Source: an uncultured Candidatus Saccharibacteria bacterium (GTDB lineage Bacteria > Patescibacteriota > Minisyncoccia > Phycocordibacterales > PALSA-1337). From it: DNA of 53,151 nucleotides. The DNA lies in contig CAZBVQ010000004.1 in the NCBI GenBank assembly GCA_964495685.1, positions 1 through 53,151 on the forward strand. The letters run 5' to 3'. The notes below the pieces were generated by a model. That model was not told where the DNA came from. It did no database searches and worked only from the letters and a program-made list of their open reading frames with translations. Below, one piece after another: positions 18,386-27,653 of this stretch (within the stretch, counting starts at the first letter, position 1; each line of letters begins with the position of its first letter). Position numbers and translations under genes: made by a program.

Positions 18386-20221
18386 CTAAACACAGATCTT
18401 TTTTACACATTCCGCGACTCGCTTGGAGGCTTTTCCGTCAAAAAGATAGCCATCCAGAAACTGTTTTTGCTGCCCCAGCAATTTTTCACGATAATCTGAA
18501 TCAGTAAATATGCCAGAAACAGCATTCGTTGCTTCATCTTTTGAATAGATTATCGGTATCAGAGGATCATATATTTGCGCATGATATGAATCAAAGTGTC
18601 TCCAAGGATGTAGAACGATGGGTTTACCGGCTATGGCCGCCTGATATATCACGGTTGAGTTGTTGCAGATAATCGCATCACTGGCGCAGACAAATGGAAA
18701 TATATCCTCTTCCCCAGTCACAGCAAAATCTTTGTCAAAAAGCTCTTTCAGATACTCTGCAGTCACCGTGATAAGTCTTGAAACTCGACACTTGAACAGT
18801 ACTTGCAATCCGGGAGTTTTTCTTTGTATATTCCTGATCATCGCCAAAAATTCCGCCAATTGGTATGAATCGATTGTTGATACATATGTTTCGGAAAATG
18901 GAACAGCCACTAATAAAATTGGCCTCCTTACATCAAGACCCAACCTTTCGATCATGATCTTGCCAGCGTTACGTCCGGCCTCTTGTTCATTCGTATACCG
19001 ATCAAAACGTGGAGACCCAGTGGCAATAAGTTTGCCCTTATCATTACCTATGCGTTCGTGCCATTCATTTATACTTTTTCCATATGTCAAAAGAAAATCT
19101 GTTTCTATTCGACAGAAAACAGATCTTGGGTCTATAGTCACAGTGGCATGCTGTAGTTCAGCCGTCTTTATGCCAAGCTCTCTGGCAATATGGGCCATGA
19201 GTAGAAAGTAATGATGTGGCCCACCTACCGATGCCATCTGTAGGACAAGATTTGGTTTTTCCTTTTTCATAATGCCATACAAAATGTCTATGTCAGCAAC
19301 TACACGTGGTGAATACCATACGATATGTCCACAAGCTTCAAGAACCGGGCCCCAGTCAAGATCAGGTTGGATGCTGTGTAAATATCCAGCAACTTCTTTC
19401 TTCGCCTCTTGCCACTCACGCACAAATCCGTCGCCAATCTCACGTGCCAAACGCTCCTCTTGGCCATTTACCGGCCTGTGAGAATACAAAAAACGCACAC
19501 GATGAGCCATAACCTGACTCCACGGAACTTCCCTGAATTTTTTTGTTTCCAAGACAATTATTTCCGTATCGTCCAAGTGCGGCACCAACGATTCCGCGTG
19601 AGTCCAATAACCGCTCAAATAAATTTTGCGTCTGTGCCTAGGAGCCACCAAGCCAACAAAAATATTGAGAGTGTGCAGTAGCCATGATTTCCAAGTGGTG
19701 CGTTCAAACTTGTATATATTAGGTATTTTCCGGACATATCCGTTAGCGCCAACCAAGCCGACCATACGCGCAGCATCCAGCACAGTCCATGACTGCAAAG
19801 CCATCAAACATTCCATGGACATATTCTTGGAAACTGGATCAGGAATAACAAAATGCGCTCCTGGATGTGCCTTTTTTAGGAAAATGAAGATACGGACATA
19901 ATAAAACAGTTTTGCCAGATAGGCTTGCATTATCGGTTCCGGTGCTTCCGCGATACGAACATTTCGGTATTTGAAAAAATCCATAGACGACATTCGATAC
20001 CATTCACGGGAAATATCATGGGACCTTTTCCACCAGATTTCTTCATCCGTTTCCACATCAACAAAACTGCGCAAGGGTACGAATGGAATACTTCTCTTTT
20101 TGCATTCTCTTTCGAGTAAAAAATCCAAACATATTGTTGTACGCGCACCATCACAATTGGCCGCTTCGTCAAGATGACCTTGCTCGTACGCTATAAATAT
20201 TTCTTTCAAGGCGAATTGCAT
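18386..20221 (-). CDS. GT-B-fold surface carbohydrate transferase-like protein (CDP-glycerophosphotransferase/sialyltransferase-like)
   Basis: ELQHA, TGSPRFD and SDAIICNNSTVIYQAAIAGKP motifs. Paralogous to the next ORF. Confidence 0.65.
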   Translation of the reverse strand: MQFALKEIFIAYEQGHLDEAANCDGARTTICLDFLLERECKKRSIPFVPLRSFVDVETDEEIWWKRSHDISREWYRMSSMDFFKYRNVRIAEAPEPIMQAYLAKLFYYVRIFIFLKKAHPGAHFVIPDPVSKNMSMECLMALQSWTVLDAARMVGLVGANGYVRKIPNIYKFERTTWKSWLLHTLNIFVGLVAPRHRRKIYLSGYWTHAESLVPHLDDTEIIVLETKKFREVPWSQVMAHRVRFLYSHRPVNGQEERLAREIGDGFVREWQEAKKEVAGYLHSIQPDLDWGPVLEACGHIVWYSPRVVADIDILYGIMKKEKPNLVLQMASVGGPHHYFLLMAHIARELGIKTAELQHATVTIDPRSVFCRIETDFLLTYGKSINEWHERIGNDKGKLIATGSPRFDRYTNEQEAGRNAGKIMIERLGLDVRRPILLVAVPFSETYVSTIDSYQLAEFLAMIRNIQRKTPGLQVLFKCRVSRLITVTAEYLKELFDKDFAVTGEEDIFPFVCASDAIICNNSTVIYQAAIAGKPIVLHPWRHFDSYHAQIYDPLIPIIYSKDEATNAVSGIFTDSDYREKLLGQQKQFLDGYLFDGKASKRVAECVKKICV

Positions 20222-20227
20222 GTGGAT

Positions 20228-22087
20228 TTATATTTTTTTCTCGGACAAACCTTTTTTTATCACCCGCTGTATGAGTCCGATAAGACGAGGGACAGATCGA
20301 CCGTCAAACGCATAGTTTTGAGACAAAAAGGACGTGGCTCGCTCTTTCAATTCACGAAGAACTTTTTCTGAAGACAATTCTTGGAGTACCAATGAAAGCT
20401 CTTCCGCTGATCGAGCTATTCGCACAGCTCGTTCTTTTTCATATGGACCAAAGTGAAAGGATACGAAATGATTTTCTAGCGGTGATACTGTAGCTAAAAT
20501 AGTCGGAATGCCACAAATAAGCAACTCTAATGCCGCAGTACTATAACAAGACACGGCAACCTTAGCGTGACGACATGCATCCAGAACAGATCCGCCCTGC
20601 GATATCTTGTACCGCCCATCTCCAAAGGCCTTTTTCAAAGCGGCATGATAAAAAGGCTGTCTACGCGGTCCGCGAAGTTTTATGCGCACGGATATACTAG
20701 ATGAGCTAGTGGCATTTGCCACCGCCCGAAAATACTCGTACGCATCATAGCTGTCATACACGGCCGGTAAAGACACATCTGGAGCGATACAAACGAGCTC
20801 TTCGCCTTGATCGGCTTGCACCGAGTCTATTGTGCTATATAAAGAATCAAAATGTGGCGATCCTACAACCAAAAGCTCCGGTCTTTCTGGTACACAACGT
20901 TCCATCTCCCCTTGAATGATCTTGCCATAAAGTGCAAGGTAACCCGCTGTATGAAATCTGGATACGGATCCCGGTGCAAATATCTCCAATCCATGTTGAA
21001 GTTCTATTGATGGTATACCTAGTTCCTTGGCCACCAGGGCAAGTATAGGAAAATGCGGTTGAGCACTGACGCTAGCACGCAGTATGACTAAATCAGGCTT
21101 AACTCTATAAATCAAAGAATAGATACGCTCAATCTCCATGAGATTTTCTTGCATTTGATATTTAATGATTGCATCCAATGCGCTCACTACAACTTTCGAC
21201 ATGTCATATCTACCGTATCTAAAATTGGCTGAAAGAATTTCGCCCCTACAATTTTTCCAATCGTCAGAAATACGCTTTTCCGCCTCACGGGCTCGAGTCA
21301 CCGTATCGAGACTCAAACGGCCGGGCCCATGCATAAAGCGTATTCGATTACGAAATATGGTTTTCAAGGGAATGTTCTTTGATTCTTGTCTGTCATACAA
21401 AACAAGCGAACTTCTTGGCAACCTGTCAAATAGCGGCCCGATATGTTTCCAGTATTCGCTGGCCAATACTCTAATTCCATTTTTTCTTTGTATAAATCCA
21501 AAGAATAGATTCGCTATTCCCAATCCAATCTTAAGTATGTGACTATTGATACTATCGTTTTTGACGATGGAGGTCATGACTGGCTGTCCTATTTTTTCAC
21601 AGATTACATCTTGCTCGGCACACATTTCCCTAGCACACAATACCAGCGCTTCATTCTCGTAGTACAAAGCTGTGTCTTTTTCGATAGGTGGTGAAAAATA
21701 TGGTTCACATATGTAGATCATTTCAGGTTTTTCCACTGACAAGATTTGGTCCACAACCTCACCGAAATACAGCCATTTCTCTAAATATATGTGTAACGAA
21801 AAACAAAACAAGTGATCCATGGATACGCCGCGATAACTCATCTTCGACAAGACCAGATTACGGACATTGGTCACCAGTTCTTCAGTAAACTCCAGATTTC
21901 TTAGTCGTTCCCCTCGCCTATACATCAATGACGACTTGAATGTCACACCCACCTCCGCAAGCAACCATTCGAGTTCCTGATCAAAAGTCACGACTACCAC
22001 TTCACGGCCCTCGTCCTTAAGCCTAGAATAGGTCTGTCCGATGATTCCAGCTTGTGTCGGTTCGTATCCGAGAATAACGACTTTCAT
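20228..22087 (-). CDS. GT-B-fold surface carbohydrate transferase-like protein (paralog of 18386-20221)
   Basis: ELQHG, VGSPHFD and AVSCYSTAALELLICGIP. Same motif order and the same DG(K/R)(A/S) C-terminal end as the neighbour. Confidence 0.65.
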   Translation of the reverse strand: MKVVILGYEPTQAGIIGQTYSRLKDEGREVVVVTFDQELEWLLAEVGVTFKSSLMYRRGERLRNLEFTEELVTNVRNLVLSKMSYRGVSMDHLFCFSLHIYLEKWLYFGEVVDQILSVEKPEMIYICEPYFSPPIEKDTALYYENEALVLCAREMCAEQDVICEKIGQPVMTSIVKNDSINSHILKIGLGIANLFFGFIQRKNGIRVLASEYWKHIGPLFDRLPRSSLVLYDRQESKNIPLKTIFRNRIRFMHGPGRLSLDTVTRAREAEKRISDDWKNCRGEILSANFRYGRYDMSKVVVSALDAIIKYQMQENLMEIERIYSLIYRVKPDLVILRASVSAQPHFPILALVAKELGIPSIELQHGLEIFAPGSVSRFHTAGYLALYGKIIQGEMERCVPERPELLVVGSPHFDSLYSTIDSVQADQGEELVCIAPDVSLPAVYDSYDAYEYFRAVANATSSSSISVRIKLRGPRRQPFYHAALKKAFGDGRYKISQGGSVLDACRHAKVAVSCYSTAALELLICGIPTILATVSPLENHFVSFHFGPYEKERAVRIARSAEELSLVLQELSSEKVLRELKERATSFLSQNYAFDGRSVPRLIGLIQRVIKKGLSEKKI

Positions 22088-22103
22088 AAATTTGGTAGTA
22101 AAC

Positions 22104-23108
22104 TCACTGTAACATACTGATCACGACATCTTCCAGGTCAACAGAGTTGATACAAGTAGGATAATCCTCGAATATATGTCCGTCGGCACATGAAGCGTCA
22201 TGTGAATGAACCGCTATGCGGGCATCCGCACCATACTGATCGGCAAACCACCAGTTTGGGGCTAGACAAGTACGAATTACCGACAACTTTTTTCCCAAAT
22301 GCGCGGTTATATGAGCCACACCAGTATCGACACTGATGACACAACGACTTTCAGATATGAGATTGATAAGCTCCTGCAGACTGGTGAGGCCAGCCACAAC
22401 TAAAGCAGAGATACCCTCAGATACGCGCACAGCTTCTTCCTTATCATCCTTGCCCCCGCTTATTACCAGTTTCAAATCGGGATTTTTTGCGGCAAGCTTT
22501 GCAATCAGCTCTTTTTTCTTGTCAGGGTGTAAGCCGCGACCAGCACCACCAGCGAACAGGTGTACAACTATATATTGTCCGGGAATCAACGAAAATCTAC
22601 TGAGAACACTCTTGTCTTTTGTGAAAGACAGTGTCGGTCTGCCAATAGAGATTGGGGCTCCAACAGCTCGAAGCACCTCACGCTCATGCCACACTACTGC
22701 CATATTCGGATTAACATCAAGTTTGACGTCAAACAAAACGCGATTCCAGGCCGAAACATCTTCAAATCCAACAAAACCTCCCGACTTTGACAAAAACCTA
22801 GCCATTATTTTGCTAAGCAGACTAAATTTACCTCCTTTCTTTCCAGCATATTGAGTAACCACCAAATCACTTCTACGATATTTTTTGAATAAACGGAGAA
22901 CAGAGCACGGGTCACGACGATTGGCTTCTATAACCTCTATCCAGGGATACGCCTCGAACAGATCTCGGATCATTCCGATACGTCCAGCAACTACGACACA
23001 GCAAGAAACGTTCGGGAACGCCACATGTACATTTTCCATGAGATATTTTGCCATGAGACAATCGCCTATAGACGATGCCCGAAATGTGACAGCTCTACTT
23101 ATTTTCAT
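22104..23108 (-). CDS. Glycosyltransferase family 9 (heptosyltransferase-like)
   Basis: Start trimmed to MKISRAV (ATGA overlap at 23105-23108). RASSIGD and ISVDTGVAHITAHLG are GT9 motifs. Confidence 0.85.
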   Translation of the reverse strand: MKISRAVTFRASSIGDCLMAKYLMENVHVAFPNVSCCVVVAGRIGMIRDLFEAYPWIEVIEANRRDPCSVLRLFKKYRRSDLVVTQYAGKKGGKFSLLSKIMARFLSKSGGFVGFEDVSAWNRVLFDVKLDVNPNMAVVWHEREVLRAVGAPISIGRPTLSFTKDKSVLSRFSLIPGQYIVVHLFAGGAGRGLHPDKKKELIAKLAAKNPDLKLVISGGKDDKEEAVRVSEGISALVVAGLTSLQELINLISESRCVISVDTGVAHITAHLGKKLSVIRTCLAPNWWFADQYGADARIAVHSHDASCADGHIFEDYPTCINSVDLEDVVISMLQ

Positions 23109-23989
23109 ATCTTTTTTATAAATCCACGTAAACGTTGAATAAGTGAGTAAAGCGGAAATTTTCTGGCCCAATATTTTAACGAACGAACCGTCTTACGACC
23201 GTCAATTTTGGCAGGATAATAACGCTTGCGACGAGGTAAAACCTGTAGTTTCTCCAGAGATATAGGTACTGTGTGCCAAAGTAGCTTGTCATAACCAGCT
23301 ATCCGCAGAGTGCCATCATAGAGCTGAAAAAATTTTGTTTGATATTTGCTATCTGTATGCAATATATCTATAGAATTATCACTAATACCAAACTTCGGGA
23401 ATAGTTCTGTTAAGACAAAAAAGGCATTAAACTCATTGGCTGCAACCAGCTCGTAGCCCTTGCGTTTTCCAAGTTCGACTAGAGCGCGTAGTGAAGAACC
23501 CTGAAAAACATTCATGTCCCGTGGTTGGATAAAAGAAACATCGTTCGGTATGGTAGGGTTAAACTCGACAACCAATACCCTTGGGCGATAAACATGAAGA
23601 GAATCCCAAAGATGATATTCGTTGCCGTCTATATCCAAAGAGAAGAGGTCGAATGTGTATGGCAAATCAGTCTTGGCAAAGATTGAATCGAGAGAATCGA
23701 CCCCCTCAAATGAGACGAAAGACTTCACACAGCGCACCTTGTCGTTGCCTGAATATTCTTTACAAAGCTTTTCAAAATAAGTCTGATCGGCCTCAATCAG
23801 AATACCAGACCAGCCACGTTTTTTTACTAAATACCAAACATTACTGCCATGGACGCCATTTAGGGCTCCCAAATCCACACACCACCGTGATCCCTCCCCT
23901 ATAATTTCGAAAATGCGGGCAATAACCCCGTCTTCACCATGTTCCGAAGTAACATTGTTGGTATATGAGAGTAAGTCAGTGGATGACAT
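23105..23989 (-). CDS. FkbM-like SAM methyltransferase
   Basis: SEHGEDG, VDLGA.NG..SN, LIEAD, LFSLDIDGNEY and VVEFN. Confidence 0.8.
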   Translation of the reverse strand: MSSTDLLSYTNNVTSEHGEDGVIARIFEIIGEGSRWCVDLGALNGVHGSNVWYLVKKRGWSGILIEADQTYFEKLCKEYSGNDKVRCVKSFVSFEGVDSLDSIFAKTDLPYTFDLFSLDIDGNEYHLWDSLHVYRPRVLVVEFNPTIPNDVSFIQPRDMNVFQGSSLRALVELGKRKGYELVAANEFNAFFVLTELFPKFGISDNSIDILHTDSKYQTKFFQLYDGTLRIAGYDKLLWHTVPISLEKLQVLPRRKRYYPAKIDGRKTVRSLKYWARKFPLYSLIQRLRGFIKKI

Positions 23990-23991
23990 AA

Positions 23992-25074
23992 TTACAGAGT
24001 TAGATTCTTGATAAGTTCTGACACTATCTGACAGGGACGCAGTTGGGTATCAAAACGACTATATGCATGCTCTGCAAGCTGCGACCTGAGTTCGGGGTTA
24101 TCTTTCAACCAAAGAATAGCCTCGGCCAGGCTCTCTCCCTGAGCACGTCTACACAATATCATATCTTCATTAGGTACGAAAAATTCCCTAATTGCCGCCG
24201 TATCAGCAGTAATCACTGGCTTCTTCATAGCGATATACTCATAGACCTTGTTAGGGATGACGCGTTCAGCCTTGTCGGTAGATCCGAATATGCCGAGACA
24301 CAAGTCGGCAGTCGCAATATAGAGAGGAAGTTCGACCAGAGGCTTGCGCCCAATAAGAGAAACGTTAGTCAGTCGTCTCCGACGCACTTCTTCAGAGATT
24401 AAAGCAAATTGCTGACCAGACCCCAGAATTGTAAAGATGATGTCAGTATGATTTTTGAGCTGCTCCGCTGCTGCCACTATATACTCTAATCCCTGCAATG
24501 GGATGAATGTCCCCTGAAAATAAACGTTAAATTTACTGGATTGCCGAGGTGATTCACGAGGATAAAACAGAGATGGATCTGTGGAAACGGGGATGCGGAT
24601 CATTTTGTCTCTCCTGACAAAAAAATGATGCCTAAAATAGTCAATGTGCTGATGAGTATCTAGAAGAACGTTGTGGGCCAACAGACAACTACTCCAATCA
24701 AGCAACCAATCCAACAAGCCACGTGGCGAAAAGAGTGAGTACGCTCCGCGATCACAGACGTTCGAGTCGACACGTGATAAAAAAGCGTCAAATACTATCT
24801 TCTTGCCGTTACAAATCATTCGTGCCAACCACATCACGCTATGGCCGGGAAATGCAACAATAACAAGATCGGGCTCCCTTCCTTTGGTCCGCAGTTCAGA
24901 TTCGACACGACTCCACTCTTTGACTAATCGAACATACTTACGAAAACCTTTATAAATATGAGGATCCACACGACATTCCAGTACATCCCATGCACTTTCA
25001 GTGAATCCACGCATAAGCACGCGATTGCGAGAGTATTCTGGGTCATATATACCGAAGAAACAAACCGTATTCAT
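23992..25074 (-). CDS. Glycosyltransferase family 4
   Basis: YFQGTFIPLQGLEY and IPNKVYEYIAMKKPVIT. Confidence 0.9.
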   Translation of the reverse strand: MNTVCFFGIYDPEYSRNRVLMRGFTESAWDVLECRVDPHIYKGFRKYVRLVKEWSRVESELRTKGREPDLVIVAFPGHSVMWLARMICNGKKIVFDAFLSRVDSNVCDRGAYSLFSPRGLLDWLLDWSSCLLAHNVLLDTHQHIDYFRHHFFVRRDKMIRIPVSTDPSLFYPRESPRQSSKFNVYFQGTFIPLQGLEYIVAAAEQLKNHTDIIFTILGSGQQFALISEEVRRRRLTNVSLIGRKPLVELPLYIATADLCLGIFGSTDKAERVIPNKVYEYIAMKKPVITADTAAIREFFVPNEDMILCRRAQGESLAEAILWLKDNPELRSQLAEHAYSRFDTQLRPCQIVSELIKNLTL

Positions 25075-26204
25075 GTGTTATTGACAATAAATGCAATGAT
25101 GCGTTCTGCACGGGCCCTCCATGAAGATGAAAGGGATCGCTCAGTAACGGCAGTGATCAAAGAAGTTTGTGCCGAACTGGGCACCACCGCATATTCTGCC
25201 GCACGTGCCAAATCGACAGCATCGTCAGGTTGGTAAAAAATCACTTCATGTTCATTTACGATCTGCTGGAGTGCTGGTGTCTTGCTGGCAATAATCGGTC
25301 TACCTGCAGCCATATATTCGAAGAGCTTCATTGGAGAAGTGTAACGATACGATTGAGTATCACGCGAGGTGCCTAGGACAAGAAGTACATCAGCAGCCGC
25401 AAACCACGTTGCCATTTCTTCATGGGGCCGACTGCCTGCAAAGAGCAAATTGGTAGGTGCAGATACTCCCGTAACTCGCTCAAAATCTCCACGCGAACCG
25501 CCAACGGTCTGCCAACAGAGTAAGGGTGTAAGATCTGCTGCCTTGGGCAAAATTTCCAATCCCTTCCATTCAAAAAAACGCCCTGCATATAAAACCATTT
25601 GCACGTCCTGAGAAATACCCAACTTGAGACGAGCCGACTTTTTATCCTGCAAAAAACGGAATTGTGCCAAATCTACTCCATTAGGCTCGACTATATATTG
25701 TGCACGAGAGTAAGGAAAACGGGACCGTAATTCTTCAACAATGATTTTGTTGATAGCAATGATACCGGTCACCCGCTTGAACAGGATTCTCTGAGGCCAG
25801 ATCGGCGACTTGGATCCGTGCATCTCTGAAAAAAGTGGCCGTCCGATAAGTGACAAAGCTGAAGAGGAATATGAATCCGTGTCGACAGTATAGAGAATAA
25901 ATTGTTTTCTCTGTATTTTTTTCCAGAATAGGAAAAATGTGTATGAAATCGTGAACGAGATAGACGATATGAAATATCCCAAGCGGCCACCTGTATACCA
26001 GTCAATCACAGGCAATCGTACGACAGTGATCGCTTGGCGCAAGCGATAATATTCCTGAACAGATTGCTGGTCTGTAACACGTCGAGGGACAATCAGTGTG
26101 ACAGTTATGCCCGCCTCCTCGAATGCCTCACACATCTTGGCGACTTGGATTCCGTGGGCCTTCTCTGTCGGCATTCGTGCATTAACGATATAGTAAAGAT
26201 TCAT
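25071..26204 (-). CDS. Glycosyltransferase family 4
   Basis: PNGVD, LYAGRF and SPMKLFEYMAAGRPII. Confidence 0.9.
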   Translation of the reverse strand: MNLYYIVNARMPTEKAHGIQVAKMCEAFEEAGITVTLIVPRRVTDQQSVQEYYRLRQAITVVRLPVIDWYTGGRLGYFISSISFTISYTFFLFWKKIQRKQFILYTVDTDSYSSSALSLIGRPLFSEMHGSKSPIWPQRILFKRVTGIIAINKIIVEELRSRFPYSRAQYIVEPNGVDLAQFRFLQDKKSARLKLGISQDVQMVLYAGRFFEWKGLEILPKAADLTPLLCWQTVGGSRGDFERVTGVSAPTNLLFAGSRPHEEMATWFAAADVLLVLGTSRDTQSYRYTSPMKLFEYMAAGRPIIASKTPALQQIVNEHEVIFYQPDDAVDLARAAEYAVVPSSAQTSLITAVTERSLSSSWRARAERIIAFIVNNT

Positions 26205-26213
26205 AGCCTCCGT

Positions 26214-26219
26214 ATTATA
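26214..26219 (-). promoter_or_regulatory. Putative -10 box (TATAAT) for the GT4 gene at 26204
   Basis: TATAAT 9 nt upstream of the ATG, followed by GGAGG. Confidence 0.55.
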
Positions 26220-26230
26220 GTCACGGATAC

Positions 26231-26269
26231 AAAAAAGTGCCAGCCACCGGACATGCCGACGGCCGACAC
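26231..26269 (-). terminator. Intrinsic terminator
   Basis: 14-bp stem including G-U pairs (GTGTCGGCCGTCGG / CCGGTGGCTGGCAC), 5-nt loop, then T6, just downstream of the stop at 26293. Confidence 0.8.
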
Positions 26270-26292
26270 CTTGAACACGGAACTACTTTGGC

Positions 26293-27333
26293 TTAAGCCC
26301 GAAGTGCATCACACATTCGATCAAGTGCTTGGCCAACATTCGCAGGATCTCCAGGTGCCAAGTATGTTCGCGTCTGCGCAAACACAAGATTTGATCTATA
26401 GGACGCATTCGAATCAAGTTGCCTCATCCGATCTGCCAATTCAGGGACCGAAGCACCATATACCGGCAACGAAGCTCCAGCGGCTGTATGTGGCCACGGA
26501 TCCCTACCTCGAACCGCCGACTTCCCGCGCATAGCAATCACCGAACAGAAATCAATGGTCGGTAATCGCATGAATGCAGCTTGGACAGCAACCGTTGACG
26601 TGAAGTTGATAATTAGGTCACATGCAGGCAAGATATCACCTGTAGAAATCCCTACGTGTTTACCGATTATCTGCACCTTCATCCCTGAACACGTAATAAA
26701 CTCATCATACATTTCTGGTGATTGCAGAGCACCTGGGTGAAGAGACAGCAACAAATCGGTCTCCCTTTCCCATCCGAGCTGGTGAATAGCTTCAACCGTA
26801 GCTCCGAACTGGATCATGTTCTGAGCCAGGAATTTGTCACCGACTGACAGGATCACCCGGCGACTTTCTGACACATTCAACTTCTCTCGAGCCTGGGCTC
26901 GTGTCAATTTGGGAAATGCAAAGTGTTCCCAACGCGGATTACCAGTGACGACAATTGTAGCAAAGGGAAATAATGTCTTCGCCAACGTCGCTTCATCATC
27001 ATTGATGACAAATAGTACCGGCTGAGTATTCCGGAATCGCTCAAATGCTTCCAACATGGGTACACCATAGGTATCTGCATAGAATGCGTAAGGAATGTTG
27101 TGCTCCCGAGCAGTGGCAGCTACCCACACTTCCATGTCAGCCTTTTCCGACATACCGACCACCACCCAATCAGCAACATTGATTTGTTCGATCAATTCGA
27201 CAGCGCTATGAGGATGTTCTCTCCCATATCCAAACGATTCGAATGTCTCGTGTCCGCGTTTCTGAAGCATCTGAGCGAGCATGCCCAGTGCTTCAGACTG
27301 CGCAACATCACCAGCAACAAGTATAATTTTCAA
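26293..27333 (-). CDS. GT-B-fold protein (UDP-GlcNAc 2-epimerase/glycerophosphotransferase-like), probable TTG start
   Basis: Start re-called at TTG 27333 (MKIILVAGD) after AGAGAAGG. Motifs VTGNPRW, LSLHP and CDLIINFTSTVAVQAA. Confidence 0.65.
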   Translation of the reverse strand: MKIILVAGDVAQSEALGMLAQMLQKRGHETFESFGYGREHPHSAVELIEQINVADWVVVGMSEKADMEVWVAATAREHNIPYAFYADTYGVPMLEAFERFRNTQPVLFVINDDEATLAKTLFPFATIVVTGNPRWEHFAFPKLTRAQAREKLNVSESRRVILSVGDKFLAQNMIQFGATVEAIHQLGWERETDLLLSLHPGALQSPEMYDEFITCSGMKVQIIGKHVGISTGDILPACDLIINFTSTVAVQAAFMRLPTIDFCSVIAMRGKSAVRGRDPWPHTAAGASLPVYGASVPELADRMRQLDSNASYRSNLVFAQTRTYLAPGDPANVGQALDRMCDALRA

Positions 27334-27403
27334 AGTAAGCCCTTCTCTTTTTGATCGACTATCAGCCCTACCGATACTCGGTGGGCACGTAGTTTCAAGA
27401 TTG

Positions 27404-27432
27404 TTTATAGCACGATAATAGGTTATAGTCAA
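27404..27432 (-). promoter_or_regulatory. Sigma70-like promoter TTGACT-N17-TATAAA
   Basis: TTGACT (27432-27427), 17-nt spacer ending TGC, TATAAA (27409-27404), then a leader hairpin at 27365-27386. Confidence 0.55.
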
Positions 27433-27447
27433 CGATTTTTTGGGCAC

Positions 27448-27648
27448 TGTATTATTCTTGACACCAACTCTGATGATCAGCGCATCTTGCAACCCACGGT
27501 CATGAATATCCGCCCACAAATCTTCTAGATTCATTCCATCTCGTACCTCTGTCATCGGTGAAACATCGACGCCACGCACTTTGTACAACCAAGCCACTGG
27601 TACTAGCTCTATTTTCCCCTGTCTGAAGAGAGGGTGTTCTTTCCATGT
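27448..27648 (-). pseudogene. Start-less fragment resembling a ParB/Srx-like N-terminal domain
   Basis: The frame reads TWKEHPLFRQGKIELVPVAWLYKVRGVDVSPMTEVRDGMNLEDLWADIHDRGLQDALIIRVGVKNNT. LEDLWADI..RGL..ALIIR resembles the ParB L..SI...G...PI.V motif. The nearby ATG (27646) is out of frame by one base, and similarity ends where the promoter begins. Confidence 0.4.
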
Positions 27649-27653
27649 TTCTT

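Noticed and set aside
26034-26534. 166-aa plus-strand ORF
   Set aside because: It overlaps two minus-strand genes and a terminator and has no motif.
26293-27597. 434-aa ORF as called in the track
   Set aside because: The N-terminal 88 codons cross a promoter-like region and a separate ParB-like fragment. A TTG start at 27333 with an RBS fits better, although a fusion is not excluded.
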